DNA of 64,000 nucleotides from Eledone cirrhosa. Its lineage: Eukaryota. The translations under genes and the position numbers were made by a program. Shown one piece after another: positions 52,972 through 64,000 of this stretch. The DNA lies in contig OZ024742.1 of the NCBI GenBank assembly GCA_964016885.1, forward strand, positions 295,430,001-295,494,000, read 5' to 3'. Within the stretch, counting starts at the first letter, position 1; every line of letters starts with the position of its first letter. The notes below the pieces were generated by a model. It saw nothing but the letters and a program-made list of their open reading frames with translations. It was not told the origin of the DNA and did no database searches.

Positions 52972-54856
52972 GTAATGTTTCAAATATCAGCTTAATAACA
53001 AAAAAGCTAGTTATATTATTAAATTCTTTCAATTTAAAAAAAATATATATATTTTTGAAATTAATTGAAACACATTAGCAGTACCTTTCATTAGAAATGT
53101 GATAATTAAAGAGTTAAAATGAAATGTTTATTCCTTTGTAGAAATAGAATCAAACTTTTGAAAATCATATTTGATAGATTTTACTAAAATTATTACCATT
53201 TACTAGTTAAAAGAATAGACATGTAAAAATACATTGATTTATTCTTAATATGGAAGTTAGTCAAATGATTTTAAATGATTTAACAGTTTTGGTACAAATT
53301 CACCTTAAGCCACCCGTTGTTCAATGATAGAAAACTTTATTTTAAAGTGATTATATTTGTCTAAAACCCTTCCATCAAAACTCTATGTGAGAACCTTTCT
53401 TAAATTTAATAAAAGAAAGCTAGTTATATCACTAAATTCCTTTAAATTCACAATTATTTTCAAAATGATTTGGAAATTGTAGGTAGTGTCTTTCATTGGA
53501 AATATGGTAATGTGTATACTGCTTATTCATTAGAAATATGGTTAAAGTGTATCTATTCATCTCAAAAACTTCCATTCTAGTTTTATGTAAGAACTCTTTT
53601 TAAGATATATTCCAAACACCAACTTAATAATGAGAAAGTTATATTACTAAATTCCTTGAAATACTTGATTATTTTCAAAATTATTGGAAAATCATAGGCA
53701 GTGCCTTTTGTAAGAAATATGGTAACAGAAATGTTAAAATGACCAAACTGAAAACTGATTTTATTTACTTATAAAAAAATACTTAAAACAAAATAACCCT
53801 TCCTTTTAACAACTGTATCAATGTTATGAAATTGATTTTATATCTGATTGATTTTATTGAAATAGCTACCACTTGTTAAACTAAGAGGACATAAAAACAT
53901 ATCATAAATATAGGACGTTATACCTCCTCCAAAATATCGATGTATATATACATATTTACATAAAGGTCATGAACATATGTGTTTGTTTTATTATGCAGGA
54001 GCTTGGGAACAATTGACAATGTAAGATGCAGGCTCACTGTAATGGACTCTTATTTTGGAAGTGATTTTATATGATTAAGAAAAAATATAATTCCCAAAAG
54101 TTTTTTTCTAATTTTTATCTATTCAATTAACTTATAACAGTATAGACCTGAAATGAAGCAAAAATCTTTGAGTGAGAATCTGTATGTTATTATAGAGGGG
54201 GGAAATCTGAATTTACTGATTAAAATAAATATAGAAAATAGATATTGTTTTTTTTTTTATTTTTGTTAATTATTTTACAAGAAGCAGGACCAGTCCAACC
54301 AATATTCTTTCCACTTGAATGTATCACAAATGAGAAATGACTGCACATTGCAATAGTATATTTGGAGCAATATATAAATTATAAAGTAATAAAGATTTAA
54401 AAGTTTTTTTTTTAATTTTCTTACCTGTTAGAAAACCGGGAAAAATGATTTTAGTCCTAGAATGCTCCATGGTTCTCAATAAAAATCTGATGGAATAAAA
54501 TAGAAACCAATAATAGAGAAGAAGAACAACAACAAAACCAAATATACAAAAAAAACCCAGCAAAAAAACACCTAGAACAAATGGAAGAATTCAATAGTCT
54601 TTATACATGTTAGAAATGACTGATTTCAAAGTAATATATAAAGATAGGAAATTGGAAAACTGTTCATGATGAATATATATTTCTGATCAATAATAATAGA
54701 GAAGAGGAGAGAGAAGAAGAACAAATATAAATTAATTCTGTCAAATATCTGTTTCAAGTAGTTTTGATAATACTTTTATCATATATATATATATACATAT
54801 ACGTATGTGGTTGTTGGCTGAGGGAAAAGAGTACTCAATACTGAAGTAGAGTTTAA

Positions 54857-55012
54857 ATATTCTTTTTATTAAACCTAAATAGTGAGTCTTGTTAATCTGG
54901 AGTTTCGCATGTTTATAACAGGGTCATCAGACAAGAACTGAATGACCCTGTGATAAACAGGCAAAACTCCAGAGTAACAAGCCTCACTATTTAACCTTAA
55001 TAAAATGAATAT
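54857..55012. repeat. Foldback palindrome with a hammerhead in each arm
   Basis: Consensus of the arms: cttgt CTGATGA c-cctg-tgataaa-cagg-c GAAA ctc-ca-gag TA acaag (54888-54935 minus, 54938-54981 plus). Confidence 0.8.
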
Positions 55013-55037
55013 ATATAGTCAATACATTAGTAGAGTG

Positions 55038-55109
55038 TATACAACAAATTTAATATAGAAATGGCTTCTAGTCCTGTAGAAGCCATTTCTATATTAAATT
55101 TGTTGTATA
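55038..55109. repeat. Perfect 33-bp-arm hairpin at the cleavage site of the 31085 HHR family
   Basis: tatacaacaaatttaatatagaaatggcttcta-gtcctg-tagaagccatttctatattaaatttgttgtata. Confidence 0.88.
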
Positions 55110-55189
55110 TATATATATATGTTATATGTGGGTACCAAGGGGATTGCCACACACATTAATAGTAAGAACAAGAAACACAGCCCCTGAAC

Positions 55190-55630
55190 AACTACCAGAA
55201 GTCATCACAACAGAAGAAATATCTAACACACTGGAAAAAAAAAAAAAAAGCAAGCAACTAGAAGGCACCAGAATGTGATAAGATGCCAAACTTCTGGTTG
55301 AAATATTTGACTGGGACACACACTGTACTTGCAAAAATGTTTAAAAAGCTGAACCTAAGCACGATTAAGAGAGGAAAAGTTCCAGGGGGATCCCATTCAG
55401 CACTCTGCTTCTTATACCTGTCATTAAGACTTTAATCTGAGATATGTAATATGAGTGGACTTGGATAAAATACTTAGGAATAAATGAACCAGACAGGTTT
55501 CAACACAGAGGAAAGAAAACAATTAGAAAGGAATACTATAGATGGACTAGATTACTACTTAAGGCAGAAATAATGCAAAGAATAAGGTAATAGGCATCAA
55601 TATTCTAGGGATCTCAGGCGTTATTTGTTC
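55190..55630 (+). pseudogene. Highly degenerate R4/Dong-like RT remnants
   Basis: KAP..D...FWLKYL..H..LA, I.RG.FQGD, KYLG and EYYRW-like motifs with deletions. Confidence 0.55.
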
Positions 55631-56523
55631 AATTCTTTTTATTTCTCTTGGGCTTATTTCTCTGATTTATTCAAATATTTTATAATAAGCAATGTAGCTT
55701 TGTAAAGCAAAGCATACTTCAAAAATTTCCTATTTACTTGTCACTTCCTAGACAGTTTATTTATTCAGAATTGCCTCAATGAACTAAAATAAAGTAAGTA
55801 CATATCGTCATATGCTTAAAAATATTTTTTTTATTTACATGTCCTTTCAAAGAAGTGAGTTAGTCTTCAGTTATATTCCTGTCAACACCAATCATTTTTG
55901 GGTAGCTATTTCCAGTATGAACAATGCCACTTTCAGAATCAAAGTGTCAGAGATTTGATATACAAGAACCTAAACTAGTTATACAATGAAGTGGTAGAAA
56001 TCATCACCATTATCGTTTTACATCTGTTTTCCATAATGGTATGGGTTGGATGCATCATGATGGTCCAAGACAAGACATGGTCAGATAACTGTATCTTGCT
56101 CATATATTTCATATTTTGGTATGGTATCTATAGTGGGATGCTTTTCCTAACACCAACCGTTTTACAGAGTGTGCTGCATGCATTTTATTGGGGCTCCAAT
56201 AATAGCATTTTACAGTGTGTACTAGGTGCATTTTATAAAGGCTTCAGCACTACCACATTACTGTGTGTATTGGGTGCATTTCATTCTGGTACTAGCACTA
56301 TTATTTTACAGACTATACTGGGTGCATTTAATCATGGCACAGTACTAGAGAGTTTATCAGAAAGTAAAAGTAAAAATAATAATGTATAAATTTATGTCTG
56401 GGTTCAGGAATTTATACACTTCATTTTTTAGAGTTTTATGTCATGTTTTCTCACATTGTCTTGTTCTAGACAGATCTCTAGGACAACATATTATATATAT
56501 ACATATTATATACATATATATAT

Positions 56524-56848
56524 CATGGCTTAGTGGTTAGAGCATTGGCCTTGCAATCGAAAGGTTGTGAGTTCAATTCTCAGACCGGGTGATGTGTTGT
56601 TTCCTTGAGCAAGACACTTTATTTCACATTGCTCCAGTTTACTCAGCTGTAAAAATGAGATGATAGGACTGGGGTCCCTATCATTCCACTGCAAAGTGGT
56701 CGTGGAGGTGCCACGGCAAAAAAGCACCCAGCACTCACTGTAAATGAGGTTGGTGTTAGGAAGGGCATCCAGCTGTAGAAATCAAGCCAGAATCAGTTCC
56801 CGTCCCACCCTTGCAAGCAGGGAAAAGCGGACGTAAAATGATGATGAT
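56524..56848 (+). mobile_element. SINE family 1 (tRNA head, CORE-like domain, RTE tail)
   Basis: A-box TGGCTTAGTGG, B-box GAGTTCAATTC, ccttgagcaagacactt, tail cccttgcaagcagggaaaagcggacgtaaaatgatgatg. Confidence 0.9.
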
Positions 56849-56870
56849 ATATATATATATATATATATAA

Positions 56871-56922
<52 letters not shown>

Positions 56923-56945
56923 TATTGTATTGTTATTGTATACAT

Positions 56946-59900
56946 ATCATCATCAGGTTTAGCGTCCGTGTTCCATGCTTGCATGGGTTTGGACGGGGGT
57001 TTTCCCACTTGAGGCAAGAGTGGTTGTCTTGCTCGCATAGGACTGTCTGGCGGGTTTTCTACAGTTGGATGCCCTTCCTAACACCAACCACATTTACAGT
57101 GTGGGGCTGGGAGGTTTTTACCGTGTTGCCTACACGGCCATATTACAGCGTGGACTGTCTGGCGGGTTTTCTACAGCTGGATGCCCTTCCTAACACCAAC
57201 CACATTTACAGTGAGTGCTGGGTGCTTTTTTGCCGTGGCACCTCCACGACCACTTTGCAGTGGAATGATAGGGACCCCAGTCCTATCATCTCATTTTTAC
57301 AGCTGAGTAAACTGGAGCAATGTGAAATAAAGTGTCTTGCTCAAGGAAACAACACATCACCCGGTCTGAGAATTGAACTCACAACCTTTCGATTGCAAGG
57401 CCAATGCTCCGTGTTGCCTACACGGCCACATTTACAGCGTGGACTGTGTGTTTTTTTGTCGTGACACCTACACGATCTCATTTGTTTCGGCCTGGATGTT
57501 GTGGGACCAACATAACTTTACATTGAAAGGGGCGGTGTGGATGGGGTGGAGGTGGTGGGACGGGGGTGTGTTTTGATAGAGATGCTTACTGACTGTAGTA
57601 GGTTTTTACTTTGTATTTAGGTAAGGCGGGTCTTCTCTATTACTGAGTACCGCCAAAGGTCTCGGTCCAGTGACATTGTCTTGGAGAGGTGTAAGCGTGT
57701 GAGGTCGGAATTTATCAGTTCGTCCCATGTTTTTCTGGGTCTGCCTACTCCGTGGCTACCGTCTATTTTTATTGCCCTGCACTTTGTTATACAGCTGTCG
57801 TCTTTCATGCGCATCACGTGACCGTACCAATGTAGCCTTCTCTCGAGTAAACAACATCTGATCCCTCTTATTTCTAATTTTTTCCTTAGTTCGTTTATGC
57901 TTTGCCGTTCACGTATATTACTATTGCACATCCAGCGGAGCATGCAAGCTTCGTTCCTCTCTAGTCTGCGTATATCCTCTGCACACAATGCCCAGGTCTC
58001 ACTGCCATGCAGCATTGCTGTTCGTATGCAGGCATCGTATAACCTGCCTTTCATTTTTAGGGAGAACCCTCTAGCGGCTAATAGTGGTATAAGCTCTCTG
58101 AACTTTTTCCATCCAGTTCTGACTCTAGCTACTGTACTTTCAGAGCACCCTCCCCCACTGCTGATTTTGTCACCCAGGTAACGGAAGCTGTCCACTATTT
58201 CTATAGAACCCTCTGCGCAGTTGAAGGAGCTAGTATTTTGTGGGCACTTGCTGCTACTTATTGCACCAGAACACCGGCCACATGTAAAATCTATGTTCTT
58301 AGTTAGCTTACCTGTGATCCCACTACATCTTTTATGCACCCATACTTTGCATTTGGGACATAAAATGGAGTTTCTACCTACGCCTTTCCTACACACTGAG
58401 CATGGCCATTTCCCAGAAGGGACCGCCGCCTTATTTTCTTTCCTACAAACTAGAACTTTAGTCTTAGCCAGGTTAATTTTAAGGCCTTTTGATTCTAGGC
58501 CGTGCTTCCATGTTTGGAATTTCTTCTCTAGTTTGGTCATTGATTCAGCTATGAGCGTTAGATCATCTGCGTATAGGAGTTCCCATGGGCAGCCGGTCTT
58601 GAACTCCTCTGTTATAGCCTGAAGGGCAATAATAAATAGTAGGGGGCTAAGAACAGAGCCCTGATGGACATCAACTTTTACGCTAAACTCTTCACTATAT
58701 TCGTTGTTAATTCTAACCTTACTGACTGTTTCTTTATACATGGTTTGTATAGCTCTCACAAGCCATTCGTCAACACCTAGTTTTCTAAAAGACCACCAGA
58801 TAATGGAACGGGGGACTCTGTCGAAGGCTTTCTCCAAGTCGACGAAAGCTAAGTATAGGGGTTTACTTTTAGCTAGGTACTTCTCCTGTAGTTGTCGTAC
58901 AATGAAAAGAGCGTCTGTGGTACTTTTGCCTGACACAAACCCGAACTGCATTTCATCTAGATCAATTCTCTCTCTGATTAGTTGCGCTATTACTTTTTCC
59001 GTGACCTTCATGACCTGGTCGATTAATTTAATGCCTCTATAGTTACTCCTATCTAGGGCATCTCCTTTTCCCTTATAGCAGTTAACGATGATGCTGCTAC
59101 GCCAGTCCTTCGGAACAACCCCATTCTGTACGACTTGGTTAACTATCCGGGTGACCATGGTGTGTCCCACCGAACCAGATGCCTTCAGCATCTCAGCAAC
59201 TATTTCTGAAGGACCAGCTGCCTTACCCGTCTTCATATCTTTGATTGCCTTGCTTATTGTACTACCCTGGACTAACACTGCTGGTCCCTCTATTGGGTCG
59301 ATGTGGGGGAGACTGTCTTTCTCCCATTTATTCTCCTCATTTAGAAGCCTTTCGTAGTGACACTTACAAGCTACCTTCTTATCAGCACCGGTGATGGCAA
59401 GTATGCCATCATCGTTAAGTACACACTTCTCCCCGACAATATCACGGTTTTCCTTGACACATTGCCTGGCAATCCTGAACACCTCACGTTTTTGGTCCTC
59501 ACGTTGTAGAACATGCTTGAACTTTCTTTCCTCTGCTTCCCTTCTTGCGAAGTACACTTGTCTCCTAGCTTCCCTCCTGGCCACTTGATAGTCTTTTCTA
59601 CTTCCCCCCTCCCGCCATACTTTCCAAGCCTGCTTTTTGGCCTTAATTGACTCCTCCAACTTACTGTTCCACCACCATGTTACTCTCCTCCCACCTACAG
59701 GCCTGCTCCAGCCACAGACTTCGTCTGCCGCCGTCAGCAGGTTTGCTCTCAGGAATTCCCACTGTTCCTCTATATTATACGACTCTAATTGCTCTTCCTT
59801 ACTGTCGAAAGCGTCAAGTAATATGCTTTGAAATTTATTTCTGGCTATGGGGTCCTTTAGCTTCCATATTTTTCTCCTGAGGATAGTCCTCTTCCGCTGT

Positions 59901-60071
59901 CTAGTACGTCTTGTCCTCACTATGAGGTCGCTAATTATCAGTCTATGTTGGGAGGTGAATTCTTCATGGGGGAGGGATTTAGTGTTAACAACAGACACTC
60001 TGTCATGTCTTCTGGTAAGGATATAATCTACCTGGCTTGTGTGTTCCCCCGATCTATAGGTGATCAAGTGA
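56946..60071 (-). mobile_element. Young RTE LINE, 5'-truncated within the AP endonuclease
   Basis: Uninterrupted ORF, ~670-bp 3' UTR with a nested SINE fragment, (ATG)n tail, TA-rich flanks. Confidence 0.95.
57617..60067 (-). CDS. RTE ORF: APE C-terminal part, reverse transcriptase and PHD-like finger (816 aa, no native start)
   Basis: SQVDYIL/SQHRL (APE), KAAGPS, NYRGIKL, QFGF, DLEKAFD, HQGSVLSP, YADD, FRYLG, RRLHWYGHV, GRPRKTW. Confidence 0.95.
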   Translation of the reverse strand: MITYRSGEHTSQVDYILTRRHDRVSVVNTKSLPHEEFTSQHRLIISDLIVRTRRTRQRKRTILRRKIWKLKDPIARNKFQSILLDAFDSKEEQLESYNIEEQWEFLRANLLTAADEVCGWSRPVGGRRVTWWWNSKLEESIKAKKQAWKVWREGGSRKDYQVARREARRQVYFARREAEERKFKHVLQREDQKREVFRIARQCVKENRDIVGEKCVLNDDGILAITGADKKVACKCHYERLLNEENKWEKDSLPHIDPIEGPAVLVQGSTISKAIKDMKTGKAAGPSEIVAEMLKASGSVGHTMVTRIVNQVVQNGVVPKDWRSSIIVNCYKGKGDALDRSNYRGIKLIDQVMKVTEKVIAQLIRERIDLDEMQFGFVSGKSTTDALFIVRQLQEKYLAKSKPLYLAFVDLEKAFDRVPRSIIWWSFRKLGVDEWLVRAIQTMYKETVSKVRINNEYSEEFSVKVDVHQGSVLSPLLFIIALQAITEEFKTGCPWELLYADDLTLIAESMTKLEKKFQTWKHGLESKGLKINLAKTKVLVCRKENKAAVPSGKWPCSVCRKGVGRNSILCPKCKVWVHKRCSGITGKLTKNIDFTCGRCSGAISSSKCPQNTSSFNCAEGSIEIVDSFRYLGDKISSGGGCSESTVARVRTGWKKFRELIPLLAARGFSLKMKGRLYDACIRTAMLHGSETWALCAEDIRRLERNEACMLRWMCNSNIRERQSINELRKKLEIRGIRCCLLERRLHWYGHVMRMKDDSCITKCRAIKIDGSHGVGRPRKTWDELINSDLTRLHLSKTMSLDRDLWRYSVIEKTRLT

Positions 60072-60230
60072 TTGTCTCGTTTTTATATATATATTATATA
60101 TATATCATATACATATATATATATTATATATATACATATATATATATTATATATATATCATATACATATATATATATTATATATATACATATATATATAT
60201 TATATATATATCATATACATATATATATAT

Positions 60231-60910
60231 CATCATCATCATTTCATTTTACGTCCACTTTTTCCCTGCTTGCAAGGGTGGGACGGGAACTGATTCTGGC
60301 TTGATTTCTACAGCTGGATGCCCTTCCTAACATAGTAAACTGGAGCAATGTGAAAGAAAGTGTCTTGCTCAAGGAAACAACACATCATCCGGTCTGAGAA
60401 TTGAACTCACAACCTTTCGATTGCAAGGTCAATGCTCTAACCACTAAGCCATGTGCCTATATTATATATATATCATATACATACATATATATATGTTGTT
60501 TCCTTGAGCAAGACACTTTATTTCACATTGCTCCAGTTTACTCAGCTGTAGAAATGAGATGATAGGGACTGGGGTCCCTATCATTCCACTGCAAAGTGGT
60601 CGTGGAGGTGCCACGGCAAAAAAGCACCCAGCACTCACTGTACATGAGGTTGGTGTTAGGAAGGGCATCCAGCTGTAGAAATCAAGCCAGAATCAGTTCC
60701 CATCCCACCCTTGCAAGCAGGGAAAAAGCGGACGTAAAATGAAATGAAATGGAATGAAATGAATGATATATATATATCATATATATATATATATATAGAT
60801 ATTATCATCATCATCATCATTTCATTTTACGTCCGCTTTTCCCTGCTTGCAAGGGTGGGACGGGAACTGATTCTGGCTTGATTTCTACAGCTGGATGCCC
60901 TTCCTAACAC
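60231..60910. mobile_element. Cluster of three SINE-1 pieces in alternating orientation
   Basis: 60231-60458 (-, deleted), 60494-60766 (+, headless), 60803-60910 (-, tail). Confidence 0.88.
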
Positions 60911-61390
60911 TTCCATTATATATATATATATATCATATACATATATATATATATATAGATATAGATATTATATATACATATATATATATTATATAAATGT
61001 ATATATTTAATATAGAAATGGCTTCTACACGACTAGAACTGTTTCATTTGGGAGAAATCATCAAGAAACCAACTGTCCAAGCAGTATGGTGGTATTTATA
61101 TATTTTCTGGTGATAGGAGAAGGTAGTGATTGGGATATTATATACATTTATTATATGCACATATATATATTCTATACATATATATTATCTACTGAATTTT
61201 GTTAAAAGATTAAAGACATTATTTAAATATTCACTTCTTTAAAATTTCCAATGTCAATACTTCCGGTTATACGTCATTCCTCACTTTTTCTTATGACGTC
61301 GCACAACATTCCCCTCCTTTTCTTAGTCTGTATGTCTGGCTGTCTGCATCAGATAACGTTTTTCGAAATATTTACTTCTGCATTCTTTTA

Positions 61391-61439
61391 GTTTCAGAAG
61401 ATCCCGTTAAGGGTGAAAGCAGCGATTCTTTGCTTAAAC
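61391..61439 (+). ncRNA. Hammerhead-like motif, CAG-core family, otherwise intact
   Basis: gttt CAGAAGA t-ccc-gttaa-ggg-t GAAA gca-gcgattctt-tgc TT aaac. Confidence 0.65.
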
Positions 61440-61524
61440 ATTAATCTGTTATTTTAATATATATATTCGTATACCGATATTTTTGCATACACAAAAACCT
61501 ATTTATTTCACGAAAGCACAGATG

Positions 61525-62335
61525 GCTTATCGTCATTGTTACTGTTTGAAGTTAGAGGACCACAGTCTTTCCAAGATCTGAGAATCATCAATGGCTATCA
61601 ATGTTCCACTTTGGCTTGCCAGATGCGTGGTATATTACATGATGACAGCCATTGGCACCTCACGCTGCAAGAAGCAGCAACTGCTAAAGTCCCTTCTCAG
61701 CTGTGAAAACTTTTTGCTATTATGCTGCACAACTGTGATCTTGCCGACCCTCTCGCACTGTGGAACAACCACCACGAAAGTCTAGCTGAGGACCTCCTCC
61801 ACCGCACACGCAGACACAATCCAAACGTAACATACGATGTCGTTTTCAATGAGGCGCTCATTTGTCTTGAAAACAGTGTCCTGGAGATTGGTGGTAGGCC
61901 TCTAAGTCACTACAGCTTACCTGCTCCTGACAGGAGTGAACAGAGGTCAACGTCTACAGAGCTTCTCCGTGTATGAGCTATGAGATCAGTGATTCTCCCA
62001 TGGTCAATTATATGTAGGATGCTCTAGGGTGAGCTCCCCAAACAATCTCTTCATCTTTGCTCCGGAGGGCCGAACAAAAAATATTGTATACTCTGAGGCT
62101 CTAACAATGTAATTTAAATATTTTCTGTTACTTGGAATTTCCATTATGGTTGTACAAATTATTGTTTGTTAAAAAATGTCTTCTCTGTTCAGCCTTTATT
62201 GTTGTAACTATCAATTTTCTTTAACATACTGTCTGCTGAACTGGGGAAACCTAAAAACTATTCAAACCCAACACCAGAGCACGTTAACCCCCCCCCCCCC
62301 TGCTGACTTGAGAGGGCGTGTGGTATCTTTGCACT

Positions 62336-62369
<34 letters not shown>

Positions 62370-62437
62370 GGGGGGGGGGTTCTGAAAAGATAAAATGCCG
62401 GTTACCTAGCCGGGCGCCAGCCGGACGGGCCAACTAG
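61525..62437 (+). mobile_element. Helitron deletion derivative: RepHel fragments and 3' terminus
   Basis: LLFEVRGPQSFQDLR..DDSHWHLTLQEA..LFAIML..DPLALW..EDL, then C-terminal TKNIVYSEAL, hairpin gccgggcgccagccgg and CTAG|T. Confidence 0.85.
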
Positions 62438-62509
62438 TATAATATATACATGATGATGATACACATATATATACATATATATTATATATATATATATATA
62501 CATATATGG

Positions 62510-64000
62510 CCAATCTGGGCTGTATCAGTGATGTTAATCCCCAACACACTATATCAGACATAACGTTTGGCGCCCCTGATGTCTTAGCGGCAATAAACAA
62601 AATTAAACACAATTCAGCAGTAGTCCCCAACAGGTTCCCTGCTTGAGTTCTGAAGGTGTGTCGACACCAACTTGCATCTCCTCTTGCTAATCTGTGGAGG
62701 AACTCACTGGATACTGGCTATATTCCTGAAAACTTTCTGTCCCAGTACGTTGTACCAGTCTTCAAAAAGGGAAATAAGTCCCTTGCAGTGAATTACCGTC
62801 CAATCTCACTCACCTCTCATATTATCAAGGTATTTGAGAGGGTGGTGAGATCACGAATAACCCACTTTCTTGAAAGCAACAGCCTGCTGTACAACAACCA
62901 ACATGGGTTCCGTAAAGGAAGGGACTGCCTAATGCAGCTCCTGCATCACTTTGACGATGTTTTGAGAGCCTTGGGAGAGGGCTCCAACACTGATGTCATC
63001 TATCTTGATTTCAGCAAGGCCTTTGACAGGGTTGATCATAAGATTCTACTGAAAAAACTATCCAATATTGGTGTCTCTGGAAAGTTACTACAGTGGATCA
63101 AATGTTTCCTGACAGACAGAACCCAACATGTAGCCAAAGGAGTAAAATCAAGCCCTGCCAAAGTCAGCAGTGGCGTTATTATTACTGACATCATCAAGCA
63201 CAGCAACGTAAGAATCTTCGCAGATGATTCCAAGCTCCAAAGGGTCATCAATGAGGTGGGTGACCGGACTTGCCTTTAGTCAGATCTACTGGCTGTTATC
63301 CAATGGGCAGAAAAGAATAATATGCTGTTGAATTAGGATAAGTTTGAATTAATCCACTTTGGAAAAAGGGATGCCCTGAAACTACCATACTCTCTTTCTT
63401 CGGGTGAAACTCTAGTGGCATCCAATAACATCAGAGACCTGGGAGTAATTGTGGACAACAACATAAGCTGGGCCACTCATATAAACAGTAAAGTTGATAT
63501 GGCCCGCAGAGTGTGTTCCTGGATTCTCAGAACTTTCCAGTCGGGAGATATTCACACTATTATCCTTCTCTTCTCCACTTTTGCCCGACCCCCACCTTGA
63601 ATACTGAAAGTATCATGAAAGTTGAAGTACCCTAAAGATCGAATACAAAAAAGATAGATGGCATGACAGGCCATGTCTATTGGAGTAGATTAGAAAAGCT
63701 CAACCATTATTCTCTCCAACGTCACCGTGAACGCTACATTATCTGCATGATGTGAAAAATATTCCATCAGCTTTGCCCAAATGATGTTGGCATCACCTTT
63801 AATGTACACCCAAGTCTTGGGCCCCGTGCTATCCACTCCTGACAAAAATCTCACTCGCATCTTATAACAACAATACAACACAATTATTTCACCTCAATTG
63901 GCCCCGCTCTCTTTAACATTACACCAACACACATTAAAACAGAAACAGACCCCATCAAGTTGAAGAAGTCTTTGGACAAATTCCTTCAATAAATCCCGGA
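62510..64000 (+). pseudogene. CR1/Jockey-group LINE reverse transcriptase, decayed, runs off the window
   Basis: PVFKKG..NYRPISLTS, QHGFRKGR, YLDFSKAFDRVDH, FADDSK, IRDLGV. The PQGSVLGP segment is deleted. Confidence 0.9.

Noticed and set aside
56524-56590. tRNA gene
   Set aside because: A and B boxes are present, but this is the multicopy SINE head without a complete cloverleaf.
57897-59880. Antisense ORFs over the RTE
   Set aside because: Shadow frames of the RT ORF, fragmented and without independent motifs.

Overview
AT-rich eukaryotic (metazoan) intergenic or intronic DNA with no recognisable host protein-coding gene. The microsatellite load and repeat spectrum suggest a cephalopod such as octopus, which is an inference only. 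Most ORFs in the track are microsatellite or antisense-TE artefacts. The window is a TE mosaic: an RTE LINE family with a PHD-like zinc finger inside its RT (one 816-aa uninterrupted copy), tRNA-derived SINEs sharing the RTE 3' tail, R4/Dong-like, CRE-like and CR1-group LINE fragments, a deleted mariner, Tc1/mariner and piggyBac-like MITEs, Helitrons, and Penelope-like elements (PLEs, GIY-YIG). The standout signal is a dense set of type-I hammerhead ribozymes (HHRs) from about nine unrelated sequence families, found by hand-folding. They include a 310-bp HHR tandem array that flips orientation midway, a recurrent U4->A core variant, and several short foldback palindromes in (TA)n tracts whose arms start at or near the predicted self-cleavage site. 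All ribozyme calls are structural predictions and none is tested.
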